The notes under the pieces: model-generated | Told to the model about the DNA's origin: nothing | What the model saw: the letters and a program-made list of their open reading frames with translations, nothing else | The model's database searches: none | In this document: piece after piece, positions 1 to 6,079 of the stretch | Layout of the letters: each line of letters starts with the position of its first letter | How positions within the stretch are numbered: position 1 is the first letter of the stretch | Translations under genes and position numbers: made by a program | DNA from: a virus | Taxonomy: Duplodnaviria; Caudoviricetes | Length of the DNA: 64,000 bases | Reading direction: 5' to 3' (one strand) | Virus record (IMG/VR): IMGVR_UViG_3300025389_000011

Positions 1-149
1 GGGGCTTTAGTCAATACTGGGATTTCTAGGCCCTGAAAGTTTTTCTCAAAAATAACACTAGTAACTTGGCCCTCGCTTGTTGGCAATTGAGAAACAATAG
101 TATTATCTTGAGCAATTAAAGTATTGATTTCATTAAGTGACATTTTCAT
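1..149 (-). CDS. Hypothetical protein, 5' part only (runs off window start)
   Basis: Manual translation from ATG at 149: MKMSLNEINTLIAQDNTIVSQLPTSEGQV..., open to base 1. Preceded by SD-like GAAAGG and a consensus sigma70 promoter. Confidence 0.7.
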   Translation of the reverse strand, partial: MKMSLNEINTLIAQDNTIVSQLPTSEGQVTSVIFEKNFQGLEIPVLTKA

Positions 150-177
150 ACTGTACCTTTCAAGTGATTAAGTACGT

Positions 178-206
178 ATTATATGCCCAAAACGATTTAT
201 TGTCAA
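178..206 (-). promoter_or_regulatory. Consensus sigma70 (early-type) promoter
   Basis: Minus strand TTGACA (206-201), 17-nt spacer, TATAAT (183-178): perfect consensus upstream of the CDS starting at 149. Confidence 0.85.
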
Positions 207-222
207 ATTTTGGATAGATTGA

Positions 223-1227
223 CTATTTGATAGGAACTAGGTTGTCTCTAAAGATTTCCCATGCACGTTTCCAAGACCAACGAAAACTACCTTTCAGTAC
301 TTGATTTCTGTCTAATTGTAAACAGCTATCAATAGCATGGGTTAGGTTCTCATTCATGAACCCCGTGACCCCTTGTTCAATTACATCCATAGGACCTTGA
401 CAAGGGTATGCCGCAACTGGCGTACCACACGCCATTGCCTCAATCATTACAATACCAAATGTTTCCCATTGGCTGGGGAATACAAATACATCAGCATTTG
501 CATAATAGACTGCCAAGTCTTTACCTGTTTTGAAACCAACAAAATTAACATCAGGATATTTTTTCTTGTACGTTTCTAACATAGGACCATCACCAACCAT
601 TGTTTTTCTTGCGCCCGGATAATCTAATTCAAAAAAGTCTTCTAAGTTTTTTTCTTTGCTAACACGTGCAACGCACAATAAATCAATTACACCCACTTCA
701 CTATACTCATGTCTTTGTTTAGTATTGAAAATTGTTCTATCAACCCCACGTGTCCATGGAATAACTTCACCGTCAAATCCATGCTTACGTAATTCAGCAA
801 CCATGCTGTCAGTCGTTGTTAAAACCTTGCCACTATGCTTATGAAACCAGCGTACAAAGCGCCAAGTAAGTGATTCAGGTATTCCAAATAGTTTGTTAAG
901 TCCTTCAGGGAATTTAGTATGATAAGCAGTATTGTGCCTAATACCACATTTTGCAAGATATGCTCTAGCCCACAAACCAAGAGGACCTTCTGTGGCGATG
1001 TGGATATGATCCGGATCAATCTTCGCAATCTTCTTGCCCATGTTCCTTGGATAGCTAAGTTTGACTTCGTTGTAGCCAGGACAATCAATATAGCTGAACC
1101 ACCTGGGGTCAATATAATCAATAGTATAACCATCCAGTATCGCAGGAGCCTCAAGATTTTTGTAAGTCGTGACAACGCCATTGATTTGATCCGGTAAATT
1201 ATCCGTTATTATCAGTATTTTCTTCAT
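223..1227 (-). CDS. GT4 (GT-B) glycosyltransferase, Agt/MgtA-like diacylglycerol glycosyltransferase
   Basis: TDNLPDQINGVVTT, IHIATEGPLG, AYHTKFPE, WTRGVD, ARVSKEKN, VGDGP, ADVFVFPSQWETFGIVMIEAMACGTPV are the motifs of the Agt/MgtA branch of GT4. Confidence 0.85.
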   Translation of the reverse strand: MKKILIITDNLPDQINGVVTTYKNLEAPAILDGYTIDYIDPRWFSYIDCPGYNEVKLSYPRNMGKKIAKIDPDHIHIATEGPLGLWARAYLAKCGIRHNTAYHTKFPEGLNKLFGIPESLTWRFVRWFHKHSGKVLTTTDSMVAELRKHGFDGEVIPWTRGVDRTIFNTKQRHEYSEVGVIDLLCVARVSKEKNLEDFFELDYPGARKTMVGDGPMLETYKKKYPDVNFVGFKTGKDLAVYYANADVFVFPSQWETFGIVMIEAMACGTPVAAYPCQGPMDVIEQGVTGFMNENLTHAIDSCLQLDRNQVLKGSFRWSWKRAWEIFRDNLVPIK

Positions 1228-1303
1228 AAAATGTTTCTTTAATGGCTAAAATTAAAGTTAATCCAATCCAAAGCACAAACATGCTAATTATAAAATATTT
1301 CAT
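1199..1303 (-). CDS. 34-aa single-pass membrane peptide (not in ORF track)
   Basis: MKYFIISMFVLWIGLTLILAIKETFYEENTDNNG*. Start overlaps the rimK stop (ATGA); hydrophobic stretch followed by an acidic tail. Confidence 0.55.
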   Translation of the reverse strand: MKYFIISMFVLWIGLTLILAIKETFYEENTDNNG

Positions 1304-2184
1304 TTTGCTTTGAATTTAATGTATTCTGTAATGATATCTGCAACGTCTACATTACAGAATTTTTCAAAGCCAAAGAATCCTGGATTACTGTTAGCCTCAC
1401 AAACTCTGAAACCGTTTTCGTCAAACAATAAATCAATACCGGCAATGTCTAAACCTAATACATGTGCTGTTTCTCTAGCCATGAATTCAATTTCTTCTGT
1501 GAGAGGGTAATTTTCACCAGTACCGCCACCTGTGATATTAGCACGGAAGTCTCCTTCAGGCGCTGTACGTTTCATTGCACCTACAACTTTACCGCCAATA
1601 ACTAACACACGCAAATCTTCACCTGGTCTATGGCCCATGTATTCTTGTACAATCATGGTTTTCTTGTTTCCAAGTTTTTCTACAAACTCTACAAGTTTTT
1701 TATAATCTTTTTTACGTTCACATAAATGAACACCTTCGCCATAGCTACCGGTAACAACTTTAACTACACAGGGGAATCCAATGTTTTCACTAACCAATTT
1801 ATCTTCAATAGGCCAACGTACCAACATTGTGTTCGGGATCGGAATTCCTGCACGACTTAGTATTTGACTGGTACGCAATTTATCTTTAACAGTTTCGATT
1901 GCAACGCTTCCATTTACACATGGAATACCGCATTGTTCAAAATGTCTGATAACTGCTAATTGGAATGGGAGAATACCTGCACCTAATCTAACTAGTACTA
2001 GTCTAGGTAACTCCATGTCTTGACCTTTATACTTGATACCTTTACGAATATCTCTATTCACGACAATATCAAAATCGTCAGGGTGAGCCATCATGGCTTT
2101 AATGCCCTTGCTTTCAAAACTTTCAATCAATTTATTTGATTCGTATTCGTTTCGTTCTAACTTAGTTAATACTAATACTGTCAT
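1300..2184 (-). CDS. rimK: RimK-family ATP-grasp alpha-L-glutamate ligase
   Basis: DKLRTSQILSRAGIPIPNT, FPCVVKVVTGSYGEGV, VQEY, DLRVLVIGGKVVGAMKR, DFRANITGGG, GIDLL, CEANSNPGF. Confidence 0.9.
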   Translation of the reverse strand: MTVLVLTKLERNEYESNKLIESFESKGIKAMMAHPDDFDIVVNRDIRKGIKYKGQDMELPRLVLVRLGAGILPFQLAVIRHFEQCGIPCVNGSVAIETVKDKLRTSQILSRAGIPIPNTMLVRWPIEDKLVSENIGFPCVVKVVTGSYGEGVHLCERKKDYKKLVEFVEKLGNKKTMIVQEYMGHRPGEDLRVLVIGGKVVGAMKRTAPEGDFRANITGGGTGENYPLTEEIEFMARETAHVLGLDIAGIDLLFDENGFRVCEANSNPGFFGFEKFCNVDVADIITEYIKFKAK

Positions 2185-2932
2185 CGTTTGCTTTCGTCCA
2201 AGTTATTATTTCCCAATGCCCATCATGATGTTCTACTAATGCAGTCATTGATTCTACCCAGTCACCGTCATTCATGTAAATCACATCATCTATCATTTTT
2301 ATTTCTGCATGATGTATGTGTCCGCATATTACTCCATCAAATCCACGCTTTTTACAATAAGCTGTTATATTTTTTTCAAACTGAAACACAAAGTCTGCGG
2401 CTTTTTTAACTTTGTGTTTCAAAAATTTACTTAAGCTCCAATAACCTAATCCTAGTTTATGTCGTAACGCATTGAATTTACTGTTTAATTCTAATACAAT
2501 ATCATACATCTTGTCACCTAAAAAGGCTAACCAGGGTGCTAATTTAGTAATCCCATCAAACAAATCCCCATGCGTTACCAAATAGTGTCTGCCATCAATA
2601 CCTATATGCTCAGTTTGATTAACAATTTCTACTGCACCAAATCCCAATCCATACGGTATTAACGGCCTAAGAAATTCATCGTGATTTCCTGCTACATACA
2701 CAACTCTAGTGCCACGTTTGGCATGTCCTAAAACTCTACGAACTACATTGCTATGACTTTGTTTCCAACGCCATTTATTTTGTTGAATTTTCCAAGCATC
2801 AATAATATCTCCCACTAAGTAAAGTGTTTCACACGTATTGTGTTTTAAGAAATTATTAAGTTGTTCTGCTTTACAATCTCTTGTACCAAGATGAACATCA
2901 CTAATAAAAATGGTTCGGTATGTTTTTTTCAT
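2162..2932 (-). CDS. plcP: PlcP-like metallophosphoesterase (usually annotated UDP-2,3-diacylglucosamine diphosphatase)
   Basis: FISDVHLG, LVGDIIDAW, AGNHDEFLR, THGDLFD, GYWSLS, DGVICGHIHHA, YMNDGDWVES fit the PlcP subfamily (GDWVES, YWSLS) better than E. coli LpxH. The neighbouring Agt-like GT4 supports this. Confidence 0.75.
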   Translation of the reverse strand: MKKTYRTIFISDVHLGTRDCKAEQLNNFLKHNTCETLYLVGDIIDAWKIQQNKWRWKQSHSNVVRRVLGHAKRGTRVVYVAGNHDEFLRPLIPYGLGFGAVEIVNQTEHIGIDGRHYLVTHGDLFDGITKLAPWLAFLGDKMYDIVLELNSKFNALRHKLGLGYWSLSKFLKHKVKKAADFVFQFEKNITAYCKKRGFDGVICGHIHHAEIKMIDDVIYMNDGDWVESMTALVEHHDGHWEIITWTKANDDSISIN

Positions 2933-2937
2933 AGCAA

Positions 2938-2944
2938 TATTTAT
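2938..2944 (-). promoter_or_regulatory. T4-late-like promoter ATAAATA, 5 nt before the plcP ATG (possible leaderless mRNA)
   Basis: Minus strand GATAAATA-TTGCT-ATG; no SD present. Confidence 0.55.
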
Positions 2945-2955
2945 CTTGCTAGGTG

Positions 2956-3174
2956 TTAAGGACTTTTGATTGTTTCATCTAATTTTGGAGATACTTTTTG
3001 ATAGTATTCCTCAGGTGGATTAAAATTCCAACTATCTGCTGTAAAGATACGTATTGGTTTCCAATAATGATGCATAATGTTATTGATAACAATAATACCA
3101 ACTACAACTACCACCAATGCTAACATTGTTAGAATGCTACCAGCCAAAACTCTTGCGGCTATTTCCATATCCAT
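2956..3174 (-). CDS. Small single-pass membrane protein
   Basis: 72 aa with a long hydrophobic N-terminal segment; SD AGGAA upstream. Confidence 0.7.
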   Translation of the reverse strand: MDMEIAARVLAGSILTMLALVVVVVGIIVINNIMHHYWKPIRIFTADSWNFNPPEEYYQKVSPKLDETIKSP

Positions 3175-3205
3175 GCTAATTCCTATTACAAAAAACTAAT
3201 TATAC

Positions 3206-3236
3206 AAAAAAACAAAGGCTCTGTACAGAGCCTTTG
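3206..3236 (-). terminator. Rho-independent terminator after the OMP gene
   Basis: Perfect 24-bp palindrome CAAAGGCTCTGTACAGAGCCTTTG (3213-3236) followed by T7 on the minus strand. Confidence 0.85.
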
Positions 3237-3259
3237 GGTATTAACATTTCAATCTAAGA

Positions 3260-3814
3260 TTAGAATGAACGTGTGTATGATAAGTTATAGCTATGATTTT
3301 GGCTATCACCACGAACGCGGTCATAACGTAAACCGATACTATCTTTCTTTGTCAATGCATAGCTTAAGCCAGCACGAACGGTATCTGTTGTATCATTGTA
3401 CACATTTGGGTCTACCATAGCAGTACGATAACGGAATCCAACTTTAGCAGTTGCTTTACCTAATGTGTAAGTAACACCAGGCTCAACGCTGTAGTAACCA
3501 AAATTAGCACCATTTGTATACTTTTCACCAACTGCAACACGTGTATAAACACCAGCTGGTCCGAATGATAATGCACCAGTTACACCAGCTTCCAAACGTG
3601 TACTTAATACGTCAGTTGCTTGTTGTTGATAATTGGTAAAACTTACGTCACCTGCAAAAGTATTGTTGATTGATTCTTTTACAGAAACTTGGTAGTTAGT
3701 TGAATTTTTAGCACCTTTGTCACCTAATTGGTCTTGACCTTCTAGGGTAACACTAGCGGCTGATACGAAACCAGCAAAAGCCATTAGGGCTAAAGTTAAA
3801 GCGAGTTTTTTCAT
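3260..3814 (-). CDS. Outer-membrane beta-barrel protein (porin/OMP-like)
   Basis: Signal peptide MKKLALTLALMAFAGFVSA, alternating amphipathic strands with Gly/aromatic residues, C-terminal YNLSYTRSF ending in Phe (BAM-type signal). SD AAAAGGAAA. Confidence 0.75.
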   Translation of the reverse strand: MKKLALTLALMAFAGFVSAASVTLEGQDQLGDKGAKNSTNYQVSVKESINNTFAGDVSFTNYQQQATDVLSTRLEAGVTGALSFGPAGVYTRVAVGEKYTNGANFGYYSVEPGVTYTLGKATAKVGFRYRTAMVDPNVYNDTTDTVRAGLSYALTKKDSIGLRYDRVRGDSQNHSYNLSYTRSF

Positions 3815-3862
3815 TGTTATTTCCTTTTGTTAATGAATCGACAACTTCTTGTCTTGAACATG

Positions 3863-3869
3863 TATTTAT
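3863..3869 (-). promoter_or_regulatory. Late-type promoter ATAAATA upstream of the OMP gene
   Basis: Motif in the intergenic gap 49 nt before the ATG; same motif recurs at other operon heads. Confidence 0.5.
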
Positions 3870-3914
3870 TGTAAAATTAGTATTCTACAAAAAAATACAT
3901 GTGTTTTTGGTCAT

Positions 3915-4826
3915 TTACGCTGGAATAAAATCAATACCACTACCTGCTAATACGCCTGTAGTTGCTGGAGCAATACCAACTAATCCAATTGTTTGTTGGA
4001 ATGCTGTTAGATGTGCCGCGGCATTTAGTAATGATACTTCAGTCGCTGTACCTGTTGCTAGTTGAGTAACGAAAGGCAATGCTTGTGTTGGTGTGGGTGC
4101 AACACCCATAACGTTAGTATAAACGTTATTAACGAATGTAGCATAGTCTGGGTTAGCTGTTTTGAATGGTGTGCTACCAACAATAGCTTGTGCAATACCT
4201 AAACTAGTTGTACCTGCATCTTCTAATTTGATACCAAGACCTTCGTATGTAGTATTAACTGTTCCACCGAAACCTGCTTTAAGCAATGCATATACATCAC
4301 CGGCGTTACCATTGATGTCAAATGCTGTGGCTTTATCTGTAAAAACTACTCTCTCATGTTGTTCCAACTTGAATGATACTGTTGTATTCAAAGTACTTGT
4401 TACATTAATAACCTTGTTTGTAGTGTCATTAACCACTGTATAGTCTGCGCTCTTGTCATTGAATGTATATGTGTCAACACCTGTAGTGCCTGTTACATCA
4501 ATAACTGTGTTTATAGTTCCATTACCAATTGCGCCTGCACCAACTGAACCAAATGTTTTAATTGTACCATTTGTTCCGATTGATCCAACTGTGATAATGT
4601 CGTTGTTAACACCCGTTGTTCCACCTAAACTTGCGCCTGGGATAGTAATCGTGTCACCAACGGCATATCCTGTACCAAGATTTGCTGTTTCAATAACAGT
4701 AGTGTACACACCATTTGTTTTTGTTACATCAAATTTAGCACCAGTACCAGCACCAGTTGTAGTACCAGTAACTGCCGTGTAAGTTGAGTTGATTGGTAAT
4801 TCGCCAATTGTTATCGTAGTTGTCAT
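3915..4826 (-). CDS. DUF4214/S-layer-like Thr/Gly-rich surface protein
   Basis: C-half ERVVFTDKATAFDINGNAGDVYALLKAGFG...FVNNVYTNVMGVAP resembles the DUF4214 region of proteobacterial surface proteins. N-half is a GTGYAVGDTITIPG beta-rich module. Confidence 0.6.
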   Translation of the reverse strand: MTTTITIGELPINSTYTAVTGTTTGAGTGAKFDVTKTNGVYTTVIETANLGTGYAVGDTITIPGASLGGTTGVNNDIITVGSIGTNGTIKTFGSVGAGAIGNGTINTVIDVTGTTGVDTYTFNDKSADYTVVNDTTNKVINVTSTLNTTVSFKLEQHERVVFTDKATAFDINGNAGDVYALLKAGFGGTVNTTYEGLGIKLEDAGTTSLGIAQAIVGSTPFKTANPDYATFVNNVYTNVMGVAPTPTQALPFVTQLATGTATEVSLLNAAAHLTAFQQTIGLVGIAPATTGVLAGSGIDFIPA

Positions 4827-4900
4827 GTTTTTAATTCCTTTTTAAAACGTTATTATAATTTTTATTATCTAAGATGTATGTGATTGTAGTCACAAAGATT

Positions 4901-4929
4901 GAAAGAAAGCCCACATATAAGTGGGCTTT
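4901..4929 (-). terminator. Rho-independent terminator closing the tmRNA transcript
   Basis: Stem AAAGCCCAC/GTGGGCTTT (4906-4929) with a 6-nt loop, followed by CTTTC on the minus strand. Confidence 0.8.
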
Positions 4930-5089
4930 GGTATTTTCTGTTTCGAGGTATATCCTACCCAATAGTGGCTTACGCCGCTAAAGAATAAACGCTATCGTTT
5001 GCATTTATAAGTTTTGCTTGATTTACGGTCATCGCCTACCGAGTTGTCCATTTACGTACTTATCACCCTGTCGAAACCAAGTCAGGCCC
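4930..5089 (-). ncRNA. ssrA: tmRNA coding piece (permuted two-piece ssrA); tag (A)ANDSVYSLAA at 5002-4970
   Basis: Starts GGGCCTGACTTGGTTTCGACAGGG (tmRNA 5' signature). pk1-like stem CGGT...ACCG. ATAAAT|GCA resume context. Tag ORF GCAAACGATAGCGTTTATTCTTTAGCGGCGTAA with its stop in a TAGCGGC-GTAA-GCCACTA hairpin. 3' end approximate. Confidence 0.93.
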
Positions 5090-5090
5090 A

Positions 5091-5213
5091 TCAAAAATTA
5101 TCATTCCATAGCTGTTCTAATTCAGGATCTACTGGGCCATGATCGGCAACAAGTGCCCATACATTTACTACTACCCAGATAATACCTATTGAATAAAACC
5201 AATGCCATTCCAT
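5091..5213 (-). CDS. 40-aa membrane peptide encoded in the tmRNA intervening segment (not in ORF track)
   Basis: MEWHWFYSIGIIWVVVNVWALVADHGPVDPELEQLWNDNF*. SD AAAGG directly after the CCA, 6 nt from the ATG; stop ends 1 nt before G1 of the coding piece. Confidence 0.7.
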   Translation of the reverse strand: MEWHWFYSIGIIWVVVNVWALVADHGPVDPELEQLWNDNF

Positions 5214-5224
5214 ATAATACCTTT

Positions 5225-5289
5225 TGGTGGACCTGGCGGGAGTCGAACCCGCGTCCAGAATGCCTTTCGGCTCACTTCATACAACAATA
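5225..5289 (-). ncRNA. ssrA: tmRNA acceptor piece (T-arm + CCA)
   Basis: ...GACGCGGGTTCGACTCCCGCCAGGTCC-A-CCA. CAGGTCC pairs with GGGCCTG (5089-5083) including the G3.U alanyl determinant. CATTCTG/CAGGGTG and GTTGT/ACAAC form helix 2 between the pieces. 5' end inferred from the promoter. Confidence 0.92.
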
Positions 5290-5295
5290 ACTCTC

Positions 5296-5324
5296 AGTAT
5301 ATATTTATTTGATAATACTGTCAA
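5296..5324 (-). promoter_or_regulatory. sigma70 promoter of the tmRNA, with an embedded late-type ATAAATA
   Basis: TTGACA (5324-5319), N17, TATACT (5301-5296); ATAAATA at 5308-5302 inside the spacer. Confidence 0.8.
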
Positions 5325-5339
5325 TAACGGATTTACCCG

Positions 5340-5471
5340 TTATTTTACGGCTTCTGTATGCTTACCGTCAAGACTTTTTTTCAATAACTTAAACCAAAGT
5401 TTTTTAACTTTTTCTAAATTATGTTCAAACTCAGCCTTGTTGAGTTTCATGATTAGTTTTTTAACTTTCAT
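5340..5471 (-). CDS. 43-aa Lys-rich small protein (not in ORF track)
   Basis: MKVKKLIMKLNKAEFEHNLEKVKKLWFKLLKKSLDGKHTEAVK*. Strong SD AAGGAGG; ATAAATA at 5498-5492 upstream. Confidence 0.75.
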   Translation of the reverse strand: MKVKKLIMKLNKAEFEHNLEKVKKLWFKLLKKSLDGKHTEAVK

Positions 5472-5490
5472 AATAAACCCTCCTTGACTA

Positions 5491-6078
5491 TTATTTATTC
5501 GCTAGGGGATTGTCTACAGCTTTTTGAATTTTAGCATCAACTTCTTTCTTTAATGCTACCATTTCACGGTCAATGTCTTTACGCATTTGAGCATTTTCTT
5601 GGCGCATTGCTTGAAGTTCTGCACGTTCTTTATCCAAATCTTCACGAACACCTTTACGCAAGTCACGCATTTCGGCGTCACTTTCACGGTTTGCATCCTT
5701 AACATAACGTTCAACTTGTTCAGTAACAGTTTCAGTTCTACGGATATCACCTTTTAAATCATTCTTGATGTCACGTGTATAGTCAGAAGTTTTTTCGCTA
5801 TTTTGTTCAATAACGGCTAGTCGTTTATCAAATTCACTTAAGTCTGGTGCTACATATTTGGCAATTTTATTTTTCATGTCCATATAGTCTTTGTACACCT
5901 CAAAACAACCATATAGTCCGCCCAATATAGAACTTACCAAGGTAAATGCTACCATTAGTTTTGCCGGAGTAAATTCATATCCACCAATACTAATAACAGT
6001 ATCTTTACTTGCGTATTTTTTTACAGCTTCTTCTGCTTGGTCAATTTTTTCATTGACATCTTTAATTTCTTCTGTCAT
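5491..6078 (-). CDS. Membrane-anchored coiled-coil protein
   Basis: TM segment LMVAFTLVSSILGGLYGCF followed by ~130 aa of E/K/R-rich heptads; SD AAAGGAAAA. Confidence 0.75.
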   Translation of the reverse strand: MTEEIKDVNEKIDQAEEAVKKYASKDTVISIGGYEFTPAKLMVAFTLVSSILGGLYGCFEVYKDYMDMKNKIAKYVAPDLSEFDKRLAVIEQNSEKTSDYTRDIKNDLKGDIRRTETVTEQVERYVKDANRESDAEMRDLRKGVREDLDKERAELQAMRQENAQMRKDIDREMVALKKEVDAKIQKAVDNPLANK

Positions 6079-6079
6079 A

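Noticed and set aside
2162-2932. LpxH (lipid A biosynthesis) call
   Set aside because: Motifs (GDWVES, YWSLS) and the Agt-like neighbour fit PlcP better. Not excluded without phylogeny.
2933-3000. Pho box upstream of plcP
   Set aside because: No CTGTCAT-type direct repeats recognised.
5190-5213. WHW motif of the spacer peptide as a darobactin-like rSAM precursor
   Set aside because: The motif sits at the very N-terminus with no leader, is part of a TM helix and lies more than 11 kb from the rSAM genes; likely coincidence.
5225-5256. Stand-alone tRNA or attachment-site remnant
   Set aside because: No D-arm or anticodon arm upstream; the acceptor strand pairs with 5089-5083, which leads into a tag ORF. 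No integrase in the window.
5224-5487. 87-aa plus-strand ORF (MVDLAGVEPAS...)
   Set aside because: It is the antisense reading of the tmRNA T-arm/CCA, its promoter and the 43-aa gene, a classic spurious ORF opposite tRNA-like ends.
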